A DNA stretch of 63,257 nt, the filler included, from Asterionella formosa (Eukaryota): assembly GCA_002256025.1 (NCBI GenBank). It is 3 parts of 3 records of this genome, joined end to end, with 100 filler letters (N's around TTAATTAATTAA, not from the genome) between each part and the next. Parts side by side here need not be neighbours in the genome. Positions count along the whole stretch, not along the records: positions 42,240 to 63,257 come from NKIB01003152.1; 2 more parts are not named here. The stretch is one strand, 5' to 3'. Below are positions 48,757 through 62,860 of this stretch, in pieces (the first letter of the stretch is position 1; every line of letters begins with the position of its first letter). The translations under genes and the position numbers were made by a program. Under the pieces are notes generated by a model. It made no database searches and was not told where the DNA came from. It saw only the letters and a program-made list of their open reading frames with translations.

Positions 48757-51700
48757 ATGGCTACCAAGTTCGGACATTTTGATCGCCTAGGTTCTGGTTA
48801 CTCTGGTGGAACCCTTAACAATGACTTTTCTGTCGCCCACCGCCCTCAGTGGTCACCTTATCAAGCTCGGCTTGGTGATGCTACGGAACGATGCCGTCTG
48901 TTTGAATACTGCAATAAAGAACCTAAACGACTCTACCAAGGCCCCAATGCTAATGATCCCCTCAAGGACTACACTCTCAAAACTGTGGAGTTGACACTTT
49001 CTCTCATGCTACAGACTATGAAGGAAATGTGTGGGACATGAGTACAAACTACACACGCATCTCATTTACTGACATCTACTGAAGCGAAGGCTTACATTGA
49101 TCACTGCCTTGCGCCAGAACCTGCTCCTATTCTTGATGCATTAGGCGTTGAAACTCCTGCCTCTGCCATTTCTCGTGCTCAAGATGTCGATGAAAAAGAT
49201 CATGAAGACTCTTCACATTTGTGGAATATAATTGTCTTCCATGTTGATGAATCAATTCTATTTGGACTTTGGTCACATCTAGCATCATATGTAAATCGAG
49301 GTCCTGGTTTATTGTTATTTTTTGCTCTGGTTGATGATGTTACTTCTGGATCTGCTCAAGTCATGGTCGATATTCACTCCAAGTTTCAGAACCTCAAATT
49401 GTCGGATTATCCAGGGGAAAATGTTTGTCTCCTCATTGAGGATGTGCAAACTACCTACAATCTAATGGCTGGTGGTGGTTCCATTCATCAAACTACTTCT
49501 ACTCTTGTTGTTAAAAAGTTTCTATCTTGCAGCAATGAAGGTTTTCGCAGTGCATTTCATGTTCTCTCTGGAGAAATTGACATCCACGAAAAACGCCTCA
49601 TTGGAAAAGAAAATGCTGCAATGCTTTGCTTCCAATCAACAGATCCTGGTGTAAATGCATTGTGTAACATCGCTCTCCGCAACTACAAGCGTCTACTTGA
49701 AAATGGTTGCTGGATTGCTGGCTTAAATCTTCCCAAGTCTCAGCCAGACTCCCTCCCCGCCGCTTTCCAGGCTTCTTCCAATGCTGCATATCAAGCCATT
49801 GTTGCAGAGTTGAAGTCCCTTCGCAACTCAATGAAACCTGGCACTGCAGTTCCTGATGATTCTGTCACCTTGAAACTTGCTAATAGCATTTGCTGTCATT
49901 GTGGAAAGAAAGGGCACATGACAAACAATTGTCCAAGTCCTACTAAGTGGACGCACCTTCCTCCACCTGCTGGTGCTCCAACAACAATCTTCCACTATGA
50001 TGTAAACTGTTACTGGTGCACCAAGTGCAAACTTTGGGTTAAAATGCATACAGATGCTACTCACATTGCTCGTGATCCCAACGCTGTTGCCATTGCACCC
50101 ACTGTGAAATTCACTGAGGACACTAAGAGTCCTGCAGCGAAGTTGGCTTGCGAAACTGTCTCTCAAATGAAAAACAATGCTCTTGTTCCTCAATTTACAA
50201 GTTTTGGATTTATTGCTACTTGTGATGACTCTCATGTCACTTGGTCAGTCGATAATAATTTGTCTTTGATTGTTAATAATGATGTTATATCGCCCCTTGG
50301 GCATAACACTCATGCAGATGCCCTCTGTCGGACTGGTGGTACTGTGCCAGACCTTTCCAACTCTACCACCATTACTATGCCGCCTTCTGATCCTCATCTC
50401 ACTGACTCGCACTTTCTCGTTCCTTTGACTTTCTCCAATGACTTATCATTGAACCCTTCCACCCCTTTTGCTACCAGTCCTATGAATCCGTCTGATTGTT
50501 CTCCCAAGGTTGGTGCTCCTTGCTTCCTTTGACATACTTACCAACAGCGGTGCCTCTCTGTTGGTATTTTCCCAATGTTTGATATCTTTGGTTGTCAGCG
50601 TGTCATTGACTTTAAATTACAGGGCTACCCAACAGTATGGTTGATTTTTGGTGGGATCATGATTAACATGTGGTTTACTGCAATGTTTCTTGGTGGCACA
50701 TATGATAACAAGGTCACCTTGCATGGTCCTTGTTCTCCATTCTTGTCAGATATTGCTCCCTTCTTTCTTTTTTTCTTTCCTCCTGATCCTTTGCCTGGGT
50801 CACCTGGGATATCTTTTTCCCCTTTTACCATCCCTTTTTCTACTCCTTTTCTGTCTTCCTTATGCAAATTTCTCCCCCCTGGTACACAAAGTATTCTACC
50901 TTCTACTCCTCCCATCATGGCTCAATCACTCTTTGCCCACACCATCTTCCAAGATTCATTTCTTGATTTTTCACCTCTTTCTGCCATTCTTGACTCCATC
51001 TGCACTCCTGCCATCAACATTCTTCCCACATCCAAACCTTTGCCTTCATCCTTCTTTCGTCCCATTGAAATGGACCCCATCTCCTTGTTTGGTGGCCTTG
51101 AACAACATTTCACCGTCATTTGGGACACAGGTGCCTCACGTCCTGTTTCTGCCTATTCCACCGATTTTGTCGGTCCCATTCTTCAACCCTCCATTCCCCT
51201 TCGTCTTGGTGGCATTGCTTCTGGTCTCACAGTTGCTGGCATCGGCACTGTACAGTGGACTTTCCTTTCTGACTCTGGCCGCCTCTTGACACTTCATCTT
51301 ACTGCATATTATGTGCCTCAATGCAAACAACGCCTTTTACCTCCTCAACGTATCTTCGACAAAGAAAATGGCCATGTGGGAATTTTCGAGGTAACCGCTG
51401 ATTGCGCACGCCTTGTAATTGATAGATCACCCACCTTGACTATTCCCTATGATCCCGTAAACTATCTTCCTACCAGTCATGGCATTCGTGCTTCATCTGT
51501 GTGCAACAAAGAAGCCTCCCTTAATTTACGAAACAAACCACAACCCTACTGGGGCTGAAAAGGAATATCTTCACTGGCACTTCCGTTTTGGCGACCTCTG
51601 ATCAGAGGCCATTCAATTTCTTCTACATCAGCCATCATTTGGTACATCCCAGAAAATTCGAGCGGCTTTGCGCTGCACTCCTCCAAAATGCGCTGACTGT

Positions 51701-54357
51701 GCTGAATACAGGAAGGCGCATCGCAAACCCTTACAGGCATCGGGAATGAAAGGAAATGACCTTTATCCCGGCTCCAGTGTTTCTGTTGACCATTTTGTTT
51801 CTAAGATCCCTAGTCGTCTTTACATTTCTAGAGGAAACACTTCACCAACCGATATGTACAAAGGGGGATGTAAATTTACTGATCACTCATCTGGCCTACT
51901 TTTCATGTAGCATCAAGTTGGATTCACTGTCCTAGAAATTCTGCGAGATAACATGGCTTTTGCAAATTGGAGCTATAGTTCTGGAGGTTTGATTGGTAAA
52001 TATACTACTGACAATGGCAGCTTTGGAGCCAGTGAATTTGTCGATGTCATTCAAACTAAAGGGCAAATTGTAAAATTTTGTGGTGTTGGAGCTCACCATC
52101 AAAATGGTGTTGCAGAACGCAGTATTCGCACTGTTTCCAACATGGCCCATGTCATGATGCTATGTGCTTCCATTCATTGGCCTTCTACAGCTGACCCTGC
52201 TCTCTGGCCTATGGTGGCGGAATATGCAGTACATTTGTACAACCATGTGCCCAGTTCCAAGACTGGACAATCTCCCATGGAATGATTTACGAAATCCATC
52301 CTTCCACGTCATGGATTGAAGGACTTACACGTTTGGGGTTGTCCTTTTTATGTCCTTGACCCTAAATTACAAAATGGACAAAAGCTTCCACGCTGGCAAC
52401 CTTGCTCCCGCCACGCCATCTTTATTGGCATCTCTCATGTTCATAGTACCAATGTTCCCTTAGTACTTAATCTGACAACAGGACATATTTCTCCGCAATT
52501 TCACGTCGTCTTTGATGATCTTTTCTCGACCGTTTCCTTGCTAAATATATCCGACAACCCTCTGGAAAATTGGGAAACTATCTTTCACGAGTTTCGGTTT
52601 GAGACCGAATTTGACAAACACACAAACTTCACACTTGCTGATGAGTGGCTAGAGCCAGATGACATTTCCCGTCGCTGGCTCCTACTAAAAGAATCTAAGA
52701 TCTTTCCCCATTTGAACCTACCTCCCAATGAACTACCAAATCAGAGAGAGTCCGATTTTGTTTCTCTTCCTTTTGTTCCTCCTCCTGTTACCATCAAATT
52801 TCCAGCTATGCCGCCACCACCAGCATACATTTCTATTTTTCCACCAGAAAAGCCTCCATCTCCTGAAATTGCAATTTTGCCTCCAAACATCCCCTCTCCC
52901 CGCCATAGTACTCGTTCTACACGCGGAATCGGGCCCACTCGTTTTGTACCAGGAAGATACCTTTCCAATGCATTCTTTGCTGGTCTTGTTGAATGTTCTG
53001 AAGTCAGTGCGTCTGATTCTGCAATGGCCTATATGTGTGCTGTAATGACCGACCCTGTCACTGAACTTCTTGAGTGTTCTGATCGTCTTATCTACGCCGC
53101 CATGGCACGCAAAATGGACCCTGATAATCCACGCTATCACGAGGCTATGGCTGGGCCTGATTCCGAATTCTTTGGTGAATCTATGATCACTTAAGTCACT
53201 GCTTTAACCAAAAAGAATACTTGGACGCTTGTGCCCTGTTCATCGGTTATTAACCATAAGGTTCTACCAGGCACGTGGGCCTTCAAGCGCAAGCTCTTTC
53301 CAGATGGTCGTGTTTGCAAATGCAAAGCACGGTTTTGTGTACGCGGGGATCTACAGAAGGAAGGTATTGACTACTATTTTGAAACCTATGCCCCTGTGGT
53401 CCAACGGTCTACTGTCCGTGCGCTTTTGGTCATGTCCATGGTTCTGGGCCTTGAGACACAACAAATTGAAAACCTCTATGTTGAGACGCCCGAAGACTTC
53501 GGTGACCTTCAAGGTCATGACATGGTCATGAAGCTAAATAAATCTCTCTATGGTACAAAACAGGCCCCGCATACCTGGTTTCTTAAACTTAAAGAGTGTC
53601 TTGAACATCGCGGGTTCCGCCAATCTGAGCTTGACCCCTGTTTTTTTATCCATGCTGATATGGTATACCTTAACTATGTCGATGACTCCATTCTCATCGG
53701 TTGGGACACGTCCCTTATTGATGCCATGATTACCAATTTGTCCCTTGAGCTTGAACTTACTCGTGAGGCGACCTTGCCTCGTTTTTGGGCATCCAAATTG
53801 ACAGGTCATCGCTTAGTACTGGTTCCCTCAAGTTAACACAACCGGGACTTATCACACAGATCTTAGAAACTACTGGCCTTGTTCACAGGTCTTCCTCCCC
53901 TACTCCTACAACACAAGAACCTTTAGGTACTGATTCTAATGGTCCTCTTGCCGTGAATCATGGAACTACCGCTCTGTTGTGGGCATGCTCCTCTACTTAT
54001 CAGCAAACTCTCGCCCAGACATTGCCTTCGCTGTGCACCAGTGTGCTCGATTTTCTCACTGTCTGTGTGCCTCACATGAAAAGGCTCTGAAGAAAATTTG
54101 CCGTTATTTGTGTGGTACTCTAAGCAAGTGTATCATTTTACACCTACATCGGAGTTTAAAATCGACTGTTTTGTCGATAGTGACTTTGCTTGTCTTTTTG
54201 GAACCGAAAACTCGAATGATCCCGTTTGCGCCAAATCCCGCACTGGTTATGTCATTAATCTTGCTGGCTGTGCCGTTTTATGGGTTTCTCAATTACAAAC
54301 CAAAATCGCCCTTTCTACCATGCAGGCTGAATACCAGGCGCTCTCCTATGAATTGAA
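48757..54357 (+). mobile_element. Decayed Ty1/Copia LTR retrotransposon (CoDi-like), 3'-truncated
   Basis: Domains occur in Copia order: gag zinc knuckle CCHCGKKGHMTNNC, protease WDTGAS, integrase (VSVDHF, TDNG, HQNGVAER), RT (GTWAFKRK, YGTKQAP, YVDD), RNase H ([22 protein letters not shown]). Many stops and frameshifts. Confidence 0.95.
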
Positions 54358-54678
54358 TCGACATTACAGTATGTAGGTTTAATAATACTACGGTACATGC
54401 ACAAAGGTATACATAAAAGGCAGTACCCAGTACCGGAGACAGGTATAACGATACCTGGTACCAGGCAGTACATAATCTTGGTTCCTGGAAGGTCCAGCAA
54501 TCAGTGCACATGGCGTGCAGGTTGCTCGTTTTCTGTTCATCGATTCACAAATGAGAAAAAAGCAGGGGTATACCTCAAAAATTGTCGAGCCCCTAAATTT
54601 TGCGCCACTCTGTTATTCTTTAAATAGTTGTTTACATAGACGTTAAGCCGTTAATCGTTTTATTGTGAAAATGAACTT

Positions 54679-54882
54679 CAAGTCAGCAGTCAGTAAGTTA
54701 AAGCCAGCAGTCAGTAAGTTAAAGTCAGCAGTCAGTAAGTTAAAGTCAGCAGTCAGTAAGTTAAAGTCAGCAGTCAGTAAGTTAAAGTCAGCAGTCAGTA
54801 AGTGGAAGTCAGCAGTCAGCGATTTTTTCAAATTTTCAGCGAATCAAGTCAGCAGTCAGTAGTTAGCAAGTTGAAGTCAGCA
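54679..54882 (+). repeat. 21-bp minisatellite AAGTCAGCAGTCAGTAAGTTA (~6.5 units plus degenerate copies)
   Basis: Directly visible; related GCAGTCAGC units recur at 55164-55262. Confidence 0.92.
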
Positions 54883-56429
54883 TTTTTACGATAGTACCGG
54901 TACATAGTGGCAGCAATATCACGAAGTAGAAAGCAATGATTTTTTAAGGCATCGATGTCGATTTCACAATTTGGTACGTCAATGTTAATCCCGATAGTAT
55001 AGTATGAATGTCGAAGGCATCGCTTTTAGTATCCCAAAAACAAAAAGATGCATTTCCATCATTATATAAATATGAAAAGTAGACGCAATTTGTACACCAG
55101 TACCGGTAGTTGGTCTCTTCCTATGAACAAAGTAGCTTGCTTGACGTCAGCATGTTGACGATAGCAGTCAGCAGTCAGCGAATATTTCAAATCTTCAGCA
55201 AATCAAGTAAGCAGTTAGCAACAAGAAGTCCGCAGTCAGCAAGTTGAAATTGGTAGTCAGCGATTCTGCTGTGAAAGGTGGCAGTGCTTTTCCGTTTCAA
55301 ACTTTATAACAGTTACAGGTAGTAGGAATACATGTAAATATCTTGAGATTTTTCATCATTTCGGAATTGGTGAGCCGGTCAGACTTCCAATGAAGTTGGT
55401 TGAAATCGCTACGTGGAATTCTCAGTATATAGTGCGCGCAATTCGCTGATTACCGGACCTTCTTGGTAGTGCTCAAATTTTTAGTCGAAAAATCTGCTTT
55501 TCAAAAATTTGCATTGTAAGGGCCCGCTGCATTATTCATATTCTGATTGGTTATTCTTACATCCGTTCGAATAGCCCGGTTTGCGAGGCTTTGCAATCCC
55601 ACGCCCGCCACACTGGATACACATGCAACATTTTCTTGGGTGTTGGCCGATGCGATATCCACGACCTGGTACCAGGTACCGGTAGCTGATCATCATTGGT
55701 CATAGTACCGGTTGTGTACGAGTACCAGTACATCTCTCCTACATAACTGCACTTTAAAATATTTTCCGAGATGCTGGGTGATACATGTGACACATTGTTG
55801 TTCATCTGAGCATGATGCCGCTACCAGTACCATGACTCTATGTACATCCAGCAACGAAGAGTCTATTTATGTGTATTTCAGGGCATACTATGAGAAGGAA
55901 TCTATGTATGCACTCGCAAATTTTCACTGATTTAAATATTTCAAACAGAATCATCGAAGTTCAAAATGAGTGCATAAAAGTTCTTAGTTCCAGGGAATTT
56001 CGGGAACCTAGGGGTTCAAATGCAGGAACCTTAGAAGACTCCAATGTAAGTTGCCGCATCACTACACCTATTCTGATTGGTTGAATTTAATTTACTCACC
56101 TGCTCCAGATTGGCTGAAGTATTCCGTTCTTGTCAAATCACGCCAGCCAAACTTGAACCACATGTATTAGATATACTGTATACCGGTAGGAAAAATTAGT
56201 AATACGGTACCTGGTACCAGTCGTTTCATCCTGTCTTCCATCACTACCATTCCAATGATGACGTTTCGTCGATTAGTGATTCTGATTCCGATTCTTTGGA
56301 GACTGTAGAAAAGGCCGATTTTGTCGAATTTTTTTGGACGACATTAGCTCAATGCCGGCTGGGTCTGAAGGCGATTTCAATACATAGGTAACTTTCAAAT
56401 AGCATCAATATATAATTTCCTGCGAGAAA

Positions 56430-56533
56430 CTGCAGAAAGGAACTTCGGTTTTTTACTATGCTAAAAAGACTGGAAGATTCGGGGGGAAATCTGTTTATTT
56501 GGTATAGTAAAAAACCGAAGTTCCTTTCTGCAG
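56430..56533. repeat. Hairpin with perfect 30-bp arms
   Basis: CTGCAGAAAGGAACTTCGGTTTTTTACTAT (56430-56459) is the exact reverse complement of 56504-56533. Confidence 0.92.
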
Positions 56534-56766
56534 ATCCTATATCCTGACAATATATAGAGTGGACCTACACCCCTACTTGTCCGAAGACTGTATTTAAGCA
56601 TATGGCAAGGGTGTCTAATGGTGAAAGCTCCGTAGAACGTTATACATATCTAATTTATACGTGAAAAGTACGTTTTTGATTAGTCTGACTCAATATTTGT
56701 TTTTAAACCCTACCTCGAGCTAGGGGTTCAAATGCAGGAACCTGAAGGTTGCGGCCTCGCAGTTAT

Positions 56767-58033
56767 ACATTGCGAGGTCTGTTTTTCTCCAAAATAATTT
56801 TATGAAGTACCTTAATCCTCACCGTACGTACAACAAAATAAAATAGTTAAAGGTAAAATTAGCTTTCACCAATATGACCACTTTGCACATGACAAAGAGG
56901 GATTGATAAATGCTGTTAAAGCATCTGTTGGTGTCTGTAGAGAGGACAGGGCTACTGTAACCCCCATAGCAACAGTTTAAACTACTAAACTAGTGTCGAG
57001 AGGAGTTCAAGCACACTAGACTACATATTTGCACGTGATTCTACCGTGTTAAATATTTAGCTAGTACATCTACTGTGCTTTTATTTGTTTCTATTTCTCC
57101 CGTAGTGCGCCCATAGTGCGTGGTAGCTACTTGGCGAATTGGCAAGGATTCTAGGATTCCCGAAAATGGACGCTTTTGCGGAAACGACCATAACTTTAAA
57201 AATGTGCAATCTTTTTTAAAATGGAAAAAAGTTTTAGATGTTTTAAGGGTCAGCTATCAATTCCGCACTTTAAAATGGAGGGCACACGATTTTTCGCCCC
57301 AAGAGTGTGTCGAACTGGTCAGGTCAACTCTACCGGTAGTACTGGTACTGTTTTTACCAACCACCAGTATTCAGGACATCTAGCTAATACATGTGGTTCA
57401 AGTGTGGCTGGCATGATTTTACAAGACCAGGATACTTAAGTGAATCTGGAGCAGGTGAGTAAATTCAATTCAACAAATCAGAATGTGTGTACTAGTGATG
57501 CGGGAACTTACACTGGAGTCTTTTTGGATTGAGAATTATTCAGCAAAACATACCTACGCAAGACTCTTAGTATACGAGAGCGTTTTTGCACGTTCAAATT
57601 CTGATTCCAATATTTTGGCTACTGTTGAAAAAGCTGATAGGGTCAACTTTTTGGAGGAGGATTATTCTACATCTATGGGGCTTCATAAAGAATAAAGTAG
57701 ATAGCCATGTACCCTATAATGTCAGGAGTTAACTTCTGTAGAGAAGTGGCAGTTATCCCTCGTAGATTTTTTGAAAAGCTTCGTAGCCCCTTTTTTGGGG
57801 ATAGTTACGATTCCAAGAGGGATAACTGCATTTTCTCTCCAGAAATGGGGTCCTTACCATATCTGTATATTGATCATACCCCTAAGTTGACCAATGACTG
57901 TATCTAAGCATATGCAAAGTGGTCGTATTGGCGAAAGCTAATTTTACCTTCAACTATTTTATTTTGTTGCACATACTGTGTGGATTAAGGTACATCATAA
58001 AATTATTTTGGGAAGAAACGGACCTCGCATTGT
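56767..58033. mobile_element. Non-autonomous element bounded by ~125-bp imperfect inverted repeats (56767-56891 / 57909-58033)
   Basis: The arms align by eye over their whole length (e.g. CCAAAATAATTTTATGAxGTACCTTAATCC). No transposase inside; no target-site duplication identified. Confidence 0.7.
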
Positions 58034-58403
58034 GTTAGGTAATCATCGTGATAATATTTATTTACACACCTCATCGAATTGTGGGTGCGATAAATCACAC
58101 GTTAGCATGATACGCGCAAATACATGGGCGGTATAGCACGTATAACGTGTTATTGTGTACAGCATACCAGTAAATGCATTATGTAAATGGACTACTTACC
58201 TAGACTAACACATTGCCGCGATTTCAAATCTGTAGTAAACATCGTTCACATTTTTCCGTACCAGGGTACCAGGTACAGTACCTGGCAGGTGGCTGAGGTT
58301 GTTTGATTCCATGTCTGTATATATATACCGGTATATATGTGTGATGTAGAACAAAATCGAATACCTTTTTCATGGCGAAGGCATCTTGAAGACTCCAACA
58401 AAA

Positions 58404-60105
58404 ATGTATGCTTTGTTCCGACCCGCAACGAAGAAATTTGATTGCGACGATGAGTTCGAGATGACGTTGGCGTCGCTAGCAAAGGAACAAGAAAAGGTCA
58501 AGGCATTAAAAAGGAAAAAACTAGCTATCCCCCAGGAAGAGCCTAAAGTAAATGGGCCTTTTGTCCCTGATAAGATCCCGGTAGTCACATCTGTTGAAGG
58601 TGTTCACCAGGCTGCTCTTGGGGAGAAGTTCGAAGTTTCAGATGGAGATATCCCCTGGGTTCGGAGTAAGAATATTTTACACAAACTTTTCAATCGCACA
58701 CAATTCGGGCAAAAGTTGAGAGAAGCACCAAAAGCACGATGGGGCAGCTGTCCATGGATATCCCTACAAACTGCTACGGTGACTTGCATGACATGGGACG
58801 ATCAAGGCGTCTTGCTGGCTGCTGGTACTGTCGACAATCGTATCAGCGTCTGGGACTGGGACACTGTTGAGGCATCGAACATCCAAGGTCGCCGAGACTG
58901 TCAACGCGACAGGATTGAACCAATTTTGACATTTTCTGTTCCCTATCAGGTAGGCAGTCTTACGTGGAGCTCCACCGATCATCTAGCTGTCGGATTTCGG
59001 TAAGTGTACCAGGCCACGTCGAGTACGCGTCGATGAGCATCGTGGATTGACGAACTCTTCAAGTGCACTCACAATATTGGTTTGACAATTCATCAGCGGA
59101 TCATCGGAGGTTCGAATATATGATATGAAAAAAACGTCCAAACATATTTCTGAATCTGGGATATTTCCTGCAACAGCGTTTTTTTCATGCATACCAAGCC
59201 ATGTTCCCAAGCACCAAAAGCCTATAAAAATAGTTTTTCTCCTTGACAACCACCTGCTAGTCTCATATCCACATGGATTGCTCATTTTATGGAGGCTTTC
59301 ACTTTCGAGTCGTGCTGCCGCACCGGTTTGGAAATGGAAGTTGCAAGAAGATATTTTGAGCATTGCACTATTTACCACCAACTGGTTGTTCCTCGGTGGA
59401 TCTATGGGGTCATTGATATGGCTCGACTGGAAAAAGTGTTCGCGCAAGGCCTTTGGAAGTGACAAGACTCCGACCGTTGTTGCCACATGGGACACTTTTG
59501 CTATGTTGGAAAAATTAAGATCGGATTTTCCTCCAAAACATTGGATGGGCATACAAACCATCATTATTAAATACAATCCGATGCTTAGCCCAAGCATTGT
59601 CGGTTCGACGAATCTTCGGTGGGTAACTGCCAGTGGATTTGCTGTATCGATGGATATAAGAAGCAAGCACGGACTGCAGATCCTCCAAGCACCTCCAAAA
59701 GTCTTGACCAAATCATCCACTGGTGAAGTGATGCGGAGGGGAACATCACAATACAGTATCCCTAGCTCCCCAGTACCCTCAAACTCCACGAATAGCGGAT
59801 GTTGCTGCTGGAAAGATCCCCAACAGCTCACCCACGTTTTACCGTCTACAGATAACAACGTGCTGTCCCAACGTCAACTTGTTATATCGAAGCCACTTTT
59901 TTTGTCATGGATGGACGAATTCAGTAGAATTCATCGAATTCCCATAAAGAGAAGTCCGAAGCTACTACTCGTGCATCCTTCCCATCAATGGATTCTTGTC
60001 GCCAATGATGTCAAATTGATTATTCTCAATGCAAGACATGATATCCCGTCAAACTCAGGCGGAACAGAGCTAGTGCACAACAAAATAGGAAGTACTGAGT
60101 ACTAA
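58404..60105 (+). CDS. WD40 / beta-propeller-like protein of unknown function (exons 58404-58999, 59097-60105)
   Basis: VTCMTWDDQGVLLAAGTVDNRISVWDWD is a WD repeat. A GTAAGT...CATCAG intron joins the two long ORFs in frame (GFR-GSSEVRIYDM). Start codon is inferred. Confidence 0.75.
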
Positions 60106-60990
60106 GTGAATATCCGTCCTTATTGTCGAAAAAATGGCTCTTGCCTTCACCTCATGTTTGGCACTCGAGCAAGATTCAATCTATTGGAGTCTCATTGCAT
60201 TAATTTTCATAGTGCATGCGGTACGAATACATCAGTCAACTCATGACCAGTCACGTGAGGTACGTCAATAGATATAGGTAACCATTAAAAGCAGGACTAA
60301 AGAATGCTTTTCAAAAGTATTCAATAGATCTAGAAAAGCCATGAAATACGGAATTCATGTGTCACATATCCATATCTCGACTTCTCATTTCTCATCCTCA
60401 AAGAGGAGAATGATTAGCCAACCCACTGGCTTCGAATTTTTTCAAGAATCAATATTTGAGAGATTTTGGCAGGTTAAGATTTGAGCTACAAACGAGCAGT
60501 GTAGACGCTTCGCGGCAGCAGGAGCAAGAGAGGCGATGTCTGAGGTAGCCAACACCTTTTTCCTCGCAATCCTAGAATAGTGAAGGACACTGTGTCCATG
60601 TTTAGTCCATGCAAATTCAATCATCTGCACAATAGCGACATCGCATCGAGTAATCTTCAACGAGTGATTTATGGTAAGATAAACTGCAGTCAAACACAGC
60701 CGATGAGCTAATACCCTGGTACCGTTATGCTTAGCGGCGGCACCGATACAATGGCTGCACGCCCAGAGGCTGTGATCTTTGCCATCTCAACTTCATTGCT
60801 CACACACTTGTCTGTGAAGAGATAGGCTCTGTGTGATCATTACCAGAGCGAGACAGCATCGATGCGCTTCGCTTTGATACAGCATCACTCTCCAACAGTA
60901 AATCAATACATGGTACCTATGATCTACCATTGAAACAATAGCGTCTCACAATCACGATGTTAGTATTTAGACGATTTTGACTCTATTGTC

Positions 60991-62455
60991 TTATTGACCA
61001 GTTGACCTTGTTCTGTAACCGACTGGCTTATCACCTCCGCTCTGAGAGCCCTGATGGGATTGGTTTGGTTGAGATCCGCCGTAGGCGGCACTTCCTCGTG
61101 GGTCTGCGGTTGCATTTCGTTGACCAAAGCCTCGATGAGATCCACTTCTCTGACTGTTCTCCCTGGCTTGAAGGTCATTTCCTCCAGGTCGGCTTCTCTC
61201 TCGCTCAGGAACTGCATCAGCAGGCTGTTTTCGGGAATTCTCGTCCTCTACAAGCGATCGGTCTTGCTGAGATGCAGACTGAATGTCTCTATTTTCCGCT
61301 CCAGATGTTCCAATCGGCCTCTCAGGCGGAAGGCGAGACCTCTCTTGTTGCAAGTTCAGCACTGTCCAATCAAACATGTTGTCATACTGAAAACCCTTGC
61401 GATAAAATAGTTCCTTGAAGAGTCGCTTGAGATAGGCATAATCGGGTCTGTCTTCGAATCGTAGCGATCGACAGTATTCAAAGTACGAACGGAATTCGGT
61501 GGCATAGCCCTTGCATAACTGTTCAGTACTAGTAGACATTTTGCGATCCATAATACGTTCGTACTTCTGTTTCTTGGTGTTCGCCTTGAGACCCTGCCAA
61601 GGCAACGAGCCCCGAATGAAATACATGAGCACATAACCAAGTGATTCAAGATCGTCACGACGGGATTGCTCAATACCAATGTGAGTGTTGATCGAAGCAT
61701 ATCGGGCAGTACCAGTTAAGTTCTTGTTCTCACGGTAGGGAATGTGTTGATGAGAGCGAGGATCGCGGTATTTCTTCGCCAATCCAAAATCAATAATATG
61801 AATGACAGATTGACGCTTCCCAAGGCCAATCAAAAAGTTATCTGGCTTTACATCTCGATGAATAAATGACTTGGTGTGCACATATTCAAGCCGACCCAGT
61901 AGCTGATCTGCCAACATCAGTACTGTCTTCAACTGAAACCGCCGACCGCAATAATTAAAGAGATCTTCCAAGGAAGGGCCCAAGAGATCTAAGACCATGA
62001 CATTGTAATCTCCCTCGATTCCATACCAGCGTACATTAGGGATACCCACTGCAACACAAAAAAGAAGAAAAAGGTTAGTAAAAAGCGTATTAGGGCAAAA
62101 ACGAAAAGTACGAGTGTACTGTAAATACGAAAGGTGTCGGAAGTACGAGCTCTCCAAAATTTAGTCGATCAGGTATACAGGTATTGCTCGGTACAGACCT
62201 CGACACGGCTGCGACAACCCAACACCATGGACATCAAATCCATGAAGCGACGGTCGACGTTGACTTACATCCTCCGTGAAGAATCCGATAGATCTTCGAT
62301 TCGTAAAGCAACTGCGGGTGTTTTGTTTTGATAGATTCGAGCTTAATCGCAACTTCTTCACCGGTAGTCATATTTGTCCCAAGATAAATGTCGCCAAACG
62401 AACCACTTCCAATCTTTCGACCCAGGCGGTACTTCTTTCCAACACGAAGCTCCAT
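60991..62455 (-). CDS. CK1: Casein kinase 1 (delta/epsilon-like); exons 62455-62269 and 62048-60991
   Basis: [60 protein letters not shown] and [13 protein letters not shown]; one GT-AG intron. Confidence 0.97.
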
Positions 62456-62860
62456 CGTCGTGCCGCTATCCTCCTGTTACAGTCGGTGGGAGGTGGAAGA
62501 GCGAAGGAAAGGAAAACACAAGGAATCACGGTCCAGATAATTGATTGTGAATTGTACGCAATGAAGCACCAGCGGTAACCGTAAATGCGTTGCGTTTTAG
62601 CTATTTTTCTTTTCGCACTGTGCTTTGTTTTAAACATACATACCGGCAAGGGTATATATACTGGTATATCAACAGCTCAACAGCCACAACTGAGGCTGGC
62701 ACAGCGCGCTCGTCTGCAGTCATACCGATATGCATTCCTCAGGTACGAAGTAACTGAACAGTACCTGGAAGGGGAAATTCGTACCAGAGCATACTGGGGA
62801 AAACGAGAAGTTTAGCATTGTTTTTCTTTTAGCGGCTGTCTTTACACTGGTACTCCATCA

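Noticed and set aside
54643..54862. ORFs with LTADFNL / KSAVSKL repeats; superficially CRISPR-like periodicity
   Set aside because: A pure 21-bp minisatellite with no unique spacers and no cas genes, in a eukaryotic context.
58983..59858. 291-aa antisense ORF over the WD40-like gene
   Set aside because: No recognisable motifs; the plus strand has the coherent spliced model.
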